Of a DNA stretch of 64,000 nucleotides, positions 37,084 through 48,496 are shown piece after piece. Position 1 is the stretch's first letter. Each line of letters starts with the position of its first letter. The notes beneath the pieces were generated by a model, which saw only the letters and a list, made by a program, of their open reading frames with translations, searched no databases and was not told the DNA's origin. Both the position numbers and the translations under genes were made by a program. This DNA comes from Albugo candida (Eukaryota), in contig JBDOQK010000002.1 of assembly GCA_040437565.1 (NCBI GenBank), positions 806,001 through 870,000 on the forward strand. Direction: 5' to 3'.

Positions 37084-39414
37084 CTACAGCCTGAGCAGTA
37101 TCGGGTCAAGGAACGCAACCAAGTATTCATGTGCCTTCGAATTGACGTTTATTGCTGAAAGTCCTCGTCGAATCTTTTCTAATGAAAATTTGACATCGGC
37201 AAGGAAGCTGACGTTTTGTTTCTCCTCGATACGGGCGATATATTCTGACAGGACTTTAAAGAGCGGACGAAGAGAGTCGATGACTGAACGGTTTGCAATA
37301 GAATCTTGCTCTACCTTTGTGTCAAAGATAGACAATGACTGGATTACATCGATTCCATTCTCAATGAGCGACATATATCGCTCGAGCTGGTAAACAGTAT
37401 ATTGCGTGACAAGCTCGCTATCGTCTGCTGCAAGCGCTGATGTGTCGATTTGGACAAGATCAACCTCGGTCGCACAATCACAAATTTTCTTGACCCAGAG
37501 AAGTAGAAGTTCCTCCAAGGGTTGCAAATTATCTTTCCATATGGCTGAAATTCCTTGAATCAGGTACTGCATACTTTTTCCGTGAAGACGGGAGTACGGC
37601 ACCGCGTATTGAGTGATTGACAACTTGATTTTTGGCAACACGACTCCAGAAATAATTTCATGCAAGACTTTTTGATCTGAATCTTCTATTGCTTCATGCA
37701 CTTCCACAGAGGATCCATTGCGTAAAATTTGTAGCCACTGAAAATCATTGAGAAAGCTCCAATGAGTTGACACGGATTTACATGTGCTAGCAACAGCGAG
37801 TGGATCCCAACTGAGTAGTTCTGCGGCAACGTATGGGCTGTATAATTTCGGTAGTATCATCCTACAGTATGTGTCCTCGTAGACCTGTGGAAATCTATCC
37901 CGCCATTCCCGGAAGCGACTGCAAACAGTGTTGAGGTCACAAAATTCACTAATGACATCATCAAAAATAGCATTCCGTTCCGTTGAAATATCGCATTTTT
38001 CAGACACATGCAATCCTTCATCTTTGCACCCCTTTCTGTAATAATCTAATAGTTGATCTACCGACATTTCACTGCTGGAAATACAGACATTCGTGTTTTG
38101 CATAAAATGCTCTTTCGGTACTTGTAGCTGAGCAACCATGTAAGTGATAGCAGCTTCTCTCATTATTTGCGCTTCGTGCTGTATGCTTTTCCATCTTTGA
38201 CTCCGTCTATCGATGACGGCAGTAGCAGTCTCATTGATTATTGGAGCTTTGTCCCGAAGGCAAAAGCACAGCCCACTTACAAAATTCTTCATGCCTTGAA
38301 AAAAATCGAGTTCTTCATTGCGAGCCACTGATTCATTTTTCTTTGAAATAAGATCTTTTTCGTGGGAGTTTTTTTCTGTTTCAGAACGCACAAGTTCACG
38401 TTCATATTGATCGATCCGAGCAAGCGACTCATTATACAGTCTTCTTACTTTTTCAGTTGCTTCACGCACAGAAAGAGAAGAAATACGCTCTTTTTTGGGA
38501 TAATTCTCCCAATCGCGAGTATTATCAGACTTTGTTGCGGGCACTTTGTGATGACCCCCGCGGCGTATCAGCTCATCTTCCCATGCCCGACTCTCCTGAT
38601 CTAACTCTAGCTCATGGTCTGATATTTCTTCGATAGGTTCCTCAGACGCCGTTCTCCGCGAGTTGTCCTCAGAACGATAATCGGTGCGGAATGGGCCGAA
38701 ATTGACCCTGTTTTTATTTTTTGCCGGGTTCGGCTTTCTGGAATGCAGCGGGATATATTCTTCGCTTATCTCGGGCTGAGCTGTTTCTTTTTCGGTACAG
38801 GACTTTTCCATCAGATAGTCGCCATCTTCCCCATTAAGAACCACTTCCTCATTGCCCCCGTGAGTACTTTCCATAAAGGTCGAAGGAGCCAACTTTTGTT
38901 CTCTACGAAGAGCCTCAATTCCCTCGAGACTATAGTCGTTCCGAGCTACTTCGCTGTCAGAGACATCGCATTCCTTAGTAACTGTTGTATCAGAAATTTT
39001 GATTTCGACAGATCGCATTTTCTTGCGTTTTCGCTTCTTTGGGCATTCGCTATTTTCATCTATAAAGCTCAGTAAGGTCTTTTTTCTGATCACATGCTCT
39101 TCTACAATTGAGGAATTCTTATTCGTATTCTTTTCGTGATTGGTGCGGTTAGAATATGCAAATCTCTTCATTTTAGTGCTGATTCTTTTTCTATGGCTAA
39201 GAATTTGCTGCTCTTGTACCGCTTGCAAGATCTCATTGTGTTCATCATTTGGATTCTTCTCATGAGGTTCAGAGGGATTCAAATAATTCATCGCTTCATC
39301 CTCACATGCTTTTTTTCCCTCCTCGGTGAGCGATACATCATCATTGACCTCCGCTTTCAGATCTTTGCTCTTCCGAGAATTTTCATTTGCTTTCTTTTTT
39401 TTCACGCGAAACAT
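37084..39414 (-). CDS. GC-rich sequence DNA-binding factor / Ntr2-like splicing factor (PAXBP1/GCFC2/ILP1 family), single exon
   Basis: LLSF, YSLEGIEALR, WEDELIRRG, FDDVISEF...SRFREWRDRFPQVYEDTY...PYVAAELLSWDPL (GCFC domain); ATG at 39414. Confidence 0.85.
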   Translation of the reverse strand: MFRVKKKKANENSRKSKDLKAEVNDDVSLTEEGKKACEDEAMNYLNPSEPHEKNPNDEHNEILQAVQEQQILSHRKRISTKMKRFAYSNRTNHEKNTNKNSSIVEEHVIRKKTLLSFIDENSECPKKRKRKKMRSVEIKISDTTVTKECDVSDSEVARNDYSLEGIEALRREQKLAPSTFMESTHGGNEEVVLNGEDGDYLMEKSCTEKETAQPEISEEYIPLHSRKPNPAKNKNRVNFGPFRTDYRSEDNSRRTASEEPIEEISDHELELDQESRAWEDELIRRGGHHKVPATKSDNTRDWENYPKKERISSLSVREATEKVRRLYNESLARIDQYERELVRSETEKNSHEKDLISKKNESVARNEELDFFQGMKNFVSGLCFCLRDKAPIINETATAVIDRRSQRWKSIQHEAQIMREAAITYMVAQLQVPKEHFMQNTNVCISSSEMSVDQLLDYYRKGCKDEGLHVSEKCDISTERNAIFDDVISEFCDLNTVCSRFREWRDRFPQVYEDTYCRMILPKLYSPYVAAELLSWDPLAVASTCKSVSTHWSFLNDFQWLQILRNGSSVEVHEAIEDSDQKVLHEIISGVVLPKIKLSITQYAVPYSRLHGKSMQYLIQGISAIWKDNLQPLEELLLLWVKKICDCATEVDLVQIDTSALAADDSELVTQYTVYQLERYMSLIENGIDVIQSLSIFDTKVEQDSIANRSVIDSLRPLFKVLSEYIARIEEKQNVSFLADVKFSLEKIRRGLSAINVNSKAHEYLVAFLDPILLRL

Positions 39415-39559
39415 TGCGCTGATTGAATTTAGACAAATAGGAGGTGAGTACAAACAAATCTGACCAATCCCAACCTTATTGGATTCTTGATTTAGCCAAT
39501 CAGTTCGCGTATCTTCCACCAGAGTTTTATTCCAAGTTTAGATGTCGAGCTTTAAGACC

Positions 39560-42500
39560 ATGCTTTTCGGCGAAACGAAGCCTCAGGTACGCGAACGCTC
39601 TATTGAGTGCTATAATGATCTAATATTCATATCTTTCTTTTCCAGGCTGTAAAATGGCTTGGGATGAGTCAAGATGAACGACTTGAAAAAGCTCAAATGT
39701 TTGTCCACTCGGAAGCAGGACAAAAGGTCTTGAGTCCACTTGGAGAATCTGAAGTGAATATCATCTCGATATTTGGAGCTGCTCGACAAGGGAAATCTTT
39801 CCTTATGAATCTCTTGGCCAACCAGCAAGACCTCTTCAAAATCTCCAATCTCCGGGAACCATGCACGCAAGGAGTCGATTTATCAGCTCATTTTGTACCA
39901 CTTGAGCAATTCAGCACTTTCAATGGATGCTCAAAAGTATCAACTGCGAGTGGAAAATCGATTCAAATTGGATTTGTGGATGCTGAAGGTCAAGGTGATC
40001 GAGATATCACGTGTAAGTTTTATACCAACATCAGAGAGCAGGTGACGAGCAAGCACATTCATCTGATGTAGATGATTCAAGACTAGTTTCACCGATTCTA
40101 CTTGCGTCCAAAGTGGTCATTTTCAACTGGAAAGATAGTCTACAGGCTGATCGTATTCTCAACTTATTAGCAGTATTGGCAAGAGCAGCGCAAGGCATCG
40201 AAGTTGATAAAGGGAGAGGAAAGAAAGTCTTTGGACATCTTCATATGTTTGTTCACCAAATTTCTACAAATGGAGCCATTTGAATCTAACGTGTTTGTAA
40301 AAGTGTGTTTCGTGACTGGAGCTTCGTAGATTCTACTCCGAAAGAAGTTTATCACGATCTATTCAAGCAAGAAAATGGCCGTGCTGAAGAAATGAATGTG
40401 CGCAATATGGCTCGGATAAACCTAATCGAAGCCTTCGAGAGCATCAACGTCTGGCTCTTTCCCGTACCGGTCGAGAATACCGCAATTCTGAGAGAGAAAA
40501 TTCGTTTTGATCAGTTGCAACGTCCATTCCAACAAAGATTACGAGAGTTTCGTACATGTCTCTCTACGCAACTACGTCGTCCGATGCTATTTGGTCAAAA
40601 ACCAGTGACTGCAAGACTGTTGAGTCAAATAGTTCCATTGCTCGTCGAAAATTTGAATGGTGAAGAAGTTATTATGCCAGAGTCGATTTACTCGTCTTTG
40701 GTGCGTGCGGAAGCGAAGGGTATAAAAGATAATTGTGAGACCACAATCACGGCACATTGTGAAGCTATCAGCATCGAAGAAGTTCTTCCAAGTGCTGAGT
40801 TAGACAAAATGCTTCGTAATGACATCCATTTGATGATCGCAGAAGCCTTGCAAATGATAGGTTCGGCACCTCAATCTGTCAAGAAAGAGATGGAGACCTC
40901 ACTCTGGAGCTTTGCTGAAAAGGAGATCAGACTTGCACTACATTCGAACAATGAAAAAATTTCGCAAAAAGTGTCCGCACTTGTCAATGAAGTATTTCAG
41001 AACCTGCAAAAGGATTGCAAGTATATTGAGGAAGACCTGATACCGATGAATGAATCCTTACTGAAAAAAAAATGCACAAATCTACTTACCAGAGAAATGC
41101 ACAGAGTCAATTCACTGCCGATTGCATCAAGCAGCGCCATCTTGAAACAGGAATTAGAGCGAGTTAACCAACATGCTCATATTTTATTCGAAAAGCTTGA
41201 GGTCGCCAATGCAAGAGCTTTACAGAAAGTCAATGCTGTAATGAATGAGCACGTTCGAGCTGCTAAAGCAAACATGACAAAAAGAATTCACGACAGTCTC
41301 GAGAAAAAGTTTATCAGCAGACAACCTTTCACAGTCACTTCGTTTCAGTCGGAACTGGAAGATTTATATCGTGATGCTATCCGTTTATTGAAGAAGGAAG
41401 CGGGACCGAAGGCAAATGTGTCATCTGATTTCATCGAAGAGCTCGAAGCACACAAAACTCAACTAGCAGAAGACTTGAATCGGCGCTATCTTTTGGAAAT
41501 GCGTCAAATTCTGAATGAAGTTGGCTTTGCTGCGAAAGAGGATTTGACCAAAGAGATAGGAAAGCGACTGGATGGAAAACTTCCCACGGATAATGAAGAT
41601 ATCAAGAAACAAATTGACGATGCATTACAAGCGCTTAAAGTCAACATCTCACAACAGCTTCAGGGTTGGACCATCCTGAAGAGCGATATAGCTCTAAAAA
41701 GTGTTGAGCTCGAGAAAATGGGCGATTTGGTACGTGGGCCGCAGAGGTAGATTGGAAATGACGCTAACATTAATCCTTTCAATTTTTAGCATGCGGAAAA
41801 TTATCTTGAGCAAAACAGCAAAATGAAGCGAGAATTACAAGCAAGATTTGAGCAGCAACAATATCTCAACATAAAAAATGAATTGGATGAAAAATTTCGA
41901 CACGAATTGAATAAGCTTGAACTACCTGTAGATGACTCAACAATCAATACCATATTTGCCGACCTTGTGAAATCACAAGCTTCAAAATTGATGGCGATGG
42001 CATTAGATGATTACAACCATGACGAAGCGAAGCTGAGCGAGAAGATAGCATCAGACTGCAGATCGACACTGCAAAGTCAAAAAGAGCTAAACAGGTTAAT
42101 TCGCTCACTTCGTGTGACTTAAAAAGCTTATTTGTAATCAATTTTCGTGAAAAGGTTGGCAAATGAACGAAGAAAAGCATTGAAGGAAGCCGAACACGAA
42201 AAGCGTCGCTGTGAGCAGGAGCAAGCAGTTGCCCGACAAAAGGATGCCGAGATGAAACGTGCGAGTATCCTGTTGTGAGGCACAGACTTCACTTCTGAAC
42301 GCGTTGCTTGACGTAGAATTGATGTCGGAAGCTGAAAAGTTCAAGCTGGACATCGAAGAAGAATCGAGCCGGCTTCGAAGTAAACTTCGACAAGAAGCAG
42401 AAGAGTCCCGTAAATTGCGACGGGAAATCGAGCAAATGCATCTCAAAAGTGCGTCAGTGGAAGCAAGCAAGTCTGCTACTGCCAACAAAATAATCAGCGA

Positions 42501-42921
42501 AATCAATGAAAAGGTTGAGACGTTCGAGACCTCTCCGAACACGATTGCAGAAAGCAATGATTGCGAGAAAATTCAGCTTCGGTCTAAAAAACGCAAAGTG
42601 GATGAAGATGTTGAGATGGACAGTTCTCTCGAGTGCGCCGTTGAGACGAAAAAATCACCTTGTAAGTGTACGCTCAAATATTATAATGTAGCTGATTTTT
42701 TGCTTGATCTAGTCAAATCAAAAACCAGATCGAGCACTACGCAATCGAAAGGACCAAGTCGAGCATCGCCGAACTCAAAGACCGCAAAATCTGGAGCCTC
42801 ACCGGCAAACAAACGAACATCGCTTGCTGAAGCTAGGAAAGCCGCTCAATTAGAGGTGCAAAGTCGGACGCAGGCGCGAGCTAACACACTGTCGGCTTCT
42901 GCAAAAAAGAGGAAGAAATGA
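39560..42921 (+). CDS. Guanylate-binding protein / atlastin-like (GB1/RHD3) large GTPase with helical and basic tail
   Basis: G1 IISIFGAARQGKSFLMN, G2 CTQGV, G3 VDAEGQGD, G4 FRDW; long coiled-coil region and C-terminal KKRKK; multiple short introns. Confidence 0.85.
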
Positions 42922-43042
42922 GTGTTTTGAGGCGACGAAGCTATTGAAAACCTACGTTATTTTCAAATATATGACATCTGTTGAAATGCACGCTGAAGAA
43001 AAGCCGCTTTTTATAGACGTTGTATGCTTTTGTATTTGAATT

Positions 43043-43965
43043 ATGGAGGCTTTCAAAGATGAACTAGGCAAAAGAAATCATCGCATTTTGCATCGACTTA
43101 AGCTGAAGTGGAAACTATTGCATAATGTTGAAGACGTCGCCTTCGTTCAAGAAAGACAAAATTGCCTCCTTGCAATCAAAAGAATGCAAATTTTGCATTC
43201 ACAGTTGACAAATTTCACGGACAATCTTTTGCGTATGCTTCATATTGTAATTCCTTTGTTTTTTCCAACGCGCTGTATAGAGCTGGGGATAGCGATTCGA
43301 GGATTTGCGAGTTGCGGTCGTTCACCCAGTTGTCCCCAGCCGGTTCTTGACGCCAGTTCTGAAGGCAAAACGGACTTTTACGATGCTTCAAAACAGCTGG
43401 AAGAGAACTCTTACATCGTCATGGTACGTCCCTGCGGGTATATCCGACGATCTCGATCGATGAAAAGATCTTTTAGGACATGATCGGTGATGCGGTCTTG
43501 CAGCCTTTGGAAAGCAGGATTCGAATATTGAAAGACATGCTGGATTTGCTACAAGATCGAGAAGGAATACGATCCGACTTTGTCTATCATGAGAAATCGG
43601 TAACAACCACACACTTTCATAAGTTTGCCAATCGTCATGTCAGCTGTTTTATGCTCCGAAATAGCTCTCACGTTCAAGACGCGCAAAAGGTACCCAATCC
43701 GCGATGAAGCAGAAAGAACAGGTTGGAATACATATGTTGAGCAGCTTATTGTCTTACGTGTGAGTGATTGGTAGTTGGAAATCATCCAACATCAAATTGT
43801 GCAGCTCACACAGCAGATAGACTATTACATGAAGGAAATTGGCGGATCATGGACGCAGCAGGAGCATTGCATAGACGCGGTCTTCGAACAGGTAAATGAA
43901 ATGACCAAACTTCAGTCTATTATACCACATCGTGCGCAATTCTTAGTTCGACAGCATTCTTCATG
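43043..43965 (+). CDS. Small multi-exon helical protein, possibly BAR-domain
   Basis: Chain of short exons with GT-AG boundaries (e.g. DAVLQPLESRIRILKDMLDLLQDRE..RSDF) whose pattern resembles BAR helices; exon structure uncertain. Confidence 0.4.
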
Positions 43966-44139
43966 AGCACTATAAAGCGGCAGGCAACATTTTGAGGAAT
44001 GTTTATCTCTCGTGACGAGCAAACCTGGCTCACAGTTTTGATTGGTTAAATACCATGCCATTTTCAATAAATAGAAAAGCGTCAGAACCGTTTTTTCTCT
44101 TACTCTATCTTCAACCTGCCAAATTTCCTTTCCTTTGCA

Positions 44140-47100
44140 ATGAAGCCCGTCGAGCATCTCTTCGAACATGTATACGCACGCGCACAGGAGATAAGAGATT
44201 CAGATGATCCCGAGAGACTTCTTCGGGAGATCCTGAAACCCGTAGAGCAGCTATTTATCCACTCCAACCTCTCCGTATCTGCTAAGCATAGAAATGTTGA
44301 TATTTCGACGCAAAATTCGAACGGAACCGAAAACATCGGAGGAAAACTTCCGTGTACCGATGCAGTAGCCAGGATACAAGCTTTTGTGAGAGGGTCTAAC
44401 GAACGGAAAGCATCCTTACAGCAGAAAAACTTTCTTGAACAAGGAACAAAGGTATGAGAAATGTACTGTCGGTACACTGAAGTACTAACAGGTTTTAATA
44501 CAGATACTGAGGAAATATGTACTGAAACGTGATCGATTTCCAAATTGTCATGTGCTCGATACCTCATCTGGTGATATTGGTAGGTGAATGCTATGGCAAA
44601 AAAAGTGTACCTGAATCAAACGATTATTGTAGCACCCAACTTTAGAAGGCTGGACGGAACACCTTTCTATGGTGCAGCGCAGCCAACAAGGGTAAATGCG
44701 ATATTTGTACAGGAAAGTCGCGATCTTTCTAATTTTGTGTATACACGTTTAATTGAATTAGAATGGGATAAAATTGATCTTGAAGCGTGTTGCAGATGAA
44801 GGTTTTCGTCATGTCGTTTGGATCAATTTGCGTGAAGAAGCCGTGATATATGTTTCGGGAGATCCTTATACAGCTCGACGGAGCGCAAAGCTAAATGAGA
44901 ATGATTTGGTACCTGGAATCACGGGGCACACTGTTCAAGTACTGGAATCATCCATGAAGAAAAGCTTGCAAGAGCAACTTGTTAATGGAGAGAACCATTT
45001 CGAGTACTGGCATGAAGTGGGGATGTATCAAAACGAATTGATTTGTGTAGATGCCGTGAACGAAAGTGAAGTACAGACTCTTCCGGAAATCTACAAACTT
45101 GAAGAAGTTGTTAGTGCTGATCCGAGGCTTCTTTCCGTGCACTATTATCGTATCCCAATTGAACGTGAAAATGCCCCAGAGCATTCCGATGTTGAAAAAA
45201 TCATGCAACTCATCTACTCTGCCAATACTACCACCGATGATACACGTACAGCCTTCGTCTTCAATTGTCAGGTATCTTTGAAATAATGTATATAGTTGCT
45301 GTTTGTTGACTATTTTCATAATCATCAGATGGGTAAGAGGAGGACAACAACGGCAATGGTTTTAGGAAGTTTGATTTGGCAAGGGATGCAACTGACCGCC
45401 GAAGATATCTCTGCTCGCATGAATACAGAGAATACGTTTGACTCACATCCATGTAATGGCAACTTTAACGCGATCCGTGAACTGGTGGCCAAGCTGATAT
45501 ATGGCGTGGAAGCAAAATGGTGGGTTGACACCACAATTGATCAGTGTGCCGCAACGTGCAACTTACGATCCGTCATACATGAGTATCATGAATTGTCAAC
45601 CGCTGATGCAAAACCAGCAAAACGTTCCTACTATCTTGTATGTATATCGTGATATGCTCCACGTTCGATGTCATCTCACAATGCGTATCTTTTCCTGATT
45701 AGCATCATGCATTGAGCTTTTTGGAACGTTACTTCTATTTGATCGTATTCGGTGCATATATTTTGAGCCATACCTTGCCATCTCAAGCAGAAATCGGCAC
45801 GGAAGAAGGAGATTATCTTAGAGCTGGCTCGACCTCATTTTCGAAATGGCTGCAATGTCGTCCAAATCTTTTTCGACTCTTGGACGACCTTGGAGGTGTA
45901 AGATACAAATCGGATAAGATTCTTGAGAAGTTCGTACTCAAATTTGATCATTTTCCTGGAATTGTGCGAATTCCTCATCGCCTGACCGCACAAGTTCCAA
46001 ACTTTCGTCAGATCGCGAACGAACCTATCTTCGGCACAGCCCAATGCCTGGAAGATGGAATCCGTGACGTCGTTCGTTTTCTACAACCGAACTACACTCA
46101 CGCCATCTGGATCAATCTACGTGAAGAAGCTGTTATCTATGTACGTGGTCGCCCATTTGTCTTACGTAAAGAAGATGCTATTCTTGAGAACGTCGAGTAC
46201 CCAGGAATTGAAGTCGATGAGATCACAGCTATCGAGGCACAGCTTAAAGAGGAATTACAAATGCGAGTACGCAAAGCAAATGGTTTCATGTTATTTTGGC
46301 ACGAAACTCGTGAGTTATTCAGCGAAGAAACAATAGAACATGTAAATCCTGATTCTGAAATCAAGACTTTACGTGAAATATACCAAGAAGTTGCAATGGA
46401 GTCTGATTTTGATCTCAAGTATGCTCGCATCCCAGTGTCTGATGAAACAGCTCCTGAAGAAAAAGACTTGGATGATCTTGTGCGACTATTAATGCCATCA
46501 TTTCTACGGGAAATCAACATTCATGATGAAGATGGCCTCACGAGTGGAAAGGACCGGCGTACAGCAGTCATTTGTAATTGCCAAATGGGCCGCGGTCGCA
46601 CGACAACGGCAATTGTGTGTGTCTACATGATTCGGCTCGTGCTGGAAGATCATTACAAAGTCACAACGGCTTTTTCTAAGCTTTTGGAATGTGTCAATGA
46701 TAGTACCGAGGAATTCAGAAATCAGACGAAGCAATCAACCGGTTATAGTATCATCAACAAGCTGGTCCAGACCCTTGACAACGGCGAACAAAGCTTGCGA
46801 CTGGTAGAATTCTGCGTCAATCAATGTGATAAGATGCAAAATTTGAGAGATTGTATCTCTCAATGTTATGAGGTGGCCATGGATCGCGAACTATCATTCG
46901 GCAAGCACGATTTTTATATGCGAAGAGCTGTCAACTACCTTGAACGATACTTTTACTTGATATGCTTTGCATCGTATTTGCTCGAAGAACGCGTACACAG
47001 CTTTCAACGAATTTTGTTTGTGACTTGGATGAACACGAGATATCACAGTGCGATCTATGCGTTATTGGACAATTTGGGATTCGGTGAAGATGACCTCCCC

Positions 47101-47184
47101 GACTCTCGCGATACAGAATCCCACGTCTCCAGTATGCGATGGAGATGGAGAAGAAAACGAAAACTGGTTTCTCGACTGGAATGA
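44140..47184 (+). CDS. PALD1: Paladin-like phosphatase with two PTP-like phytase domains
   Basis: Two repeats of LKxDxFP, PNFR, G(A/T)AQ, WINLREEAVIYV, YxRIP, NCQMG(KR/RG)RTT and LERYFYLI. Confidence 0.88.
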
Positions 47185-47645
47185 TACGTCTGGAACGTCT
47201 TTCACACATTTATGAGTCGAGCAATTTTGACAATCGCCGTTAAGGCGGTGCTGGATGGTTGAGATTTGTGACGTGGTCAACATGAAGCGTAAGCGAATAT
47301 TTAGTTTCAAGATGTTGTCTTATTTTGCTTTCCAATTATGTTACAAAAAAGCGTACGCGACATTGTATCTCAACCGTATAACGCAGCTTCAATGAAGCGC
47401 CCCATTAAGTCGTAGTTGATTGAAAATCATGAAAGAGAAGTAATTCACAAGTTATATTTACGTCGCTGAGTAAAAGAACAACTTGTGATTAGCAAACTGT
47501 AGCTACATTTTGCGAGTCGATCGCGCAAAAGTCTGAGATAACGAATAACATGGGTGACTTAGGGCATCATACGAATTACTTCGACGCTAAATATTTTTGT
47601 CTGCCATGTACTTGAGCATTCACTGACATTTATGGCTCTCGTCGT

Positions 47646-48206
47646 TTATAATGCGTGTAATTGTTGCATACGTAAATGCCAGGTTGATCGAGGAGGATGA
47701 AGGAAGCGACTTGAAGTTTTCTCAAGCCCATTTTTGTTCATTACGCTCTGCTTGAGAACGCTGTACTCATTGGTAAATGTGACACAGAGTTGGGGATTAT
47801 CGGCTGGTGTTTTGTATCTCTTGCACGATGGTAAGGATACTATCAGGGATGGATTCCAATCTCTTTCATCTTCTTGCCAACGACTGCTGGAAATCACTCG
47901 AAGGAATGATCCACTAAGTAAACGGGATCGAATTACGGCTTCAGCAGACTGCACAACTTCTTCACTTTCTTCTGCACGCTGACTTAATACCCGAGATCGG
48001 TAATGTTCGCGTTCTGAGCATCTGCTTCGTAATAATTCTTCTCGAGCGTGATCCTCGGTATCCGTGGTACTGATAAATTCGGGCTCTACACAGTAGACTT
48101 TCTCGTGCTCGTTCAGCGTAGTAAGTAGTTCCTGTAGCGCAAGATATGTCTCATCGCGCTCTTCTCCGTCTTTTGTATGCTCACTTAAAGCTTCTGCATG
48201 CTTCAT
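47646..48206 (-). CDS. Uncharacterised protein (~186 aa)
   Basis: Open frame from ATG 48206 (MKHAEALSEH) with charged helical composition, divergent from the next gene; no recognised domain. Confidence 0.5.
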   Translation of the reverse strand: MKHAEALSEHTKDGEERDETYLALQELLTTLNEHEKVYCVEPEFISTTDTEDHAREELLRSRCSEREHYRSRVLSQRAEESEEVVQSAEAVIRSRLLSGSFLRVISSSRWQEDERDWNPSLIVSLPSCKRYKTPADNPQLCVTFTNEYSVLKQSVMNKNGLEKTSSRFLHPPRSTWHLRMQQLHAL

Positions 48207-48496
48207 GCTTTCCTTTCCGCAAAATTGTAATTCAACGCACAGAGTTGAGAATTTGATCTTGGCATAAAGCAACCTATCAAAACAACCGGAACTGACCACA
48301 ATCAAGTCATTTCCGGTGTCTAACGCTATCTAAATAGTCGAGTCAGCATGAGACAAGAAATAAGTCGAGTAGGAGCGGTCATAGCGTTCCAGACAGCAAC
48401 GGTCTGAAATCCGTTACAATAATCAATGTAAGTATATGCGTGTTAGAAGGATATCACTTGCTGCAGCATCTCGTTAGGTATCACACAAGAACTGTG

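Noticed and set aside
45272-45328. Donor GTATCTTT resembling a U12 intron (similar donor near 54700, minus strand)
   Set aside because: It deviates from GTATCCTT and lacks a TCCTTAAC branch site.
47507-47530. Short hairpin TTTTGCG...CGCAAAA
   Set aside because: A 7 bp stem is expected by chance and there is no supporting RNA gene context.
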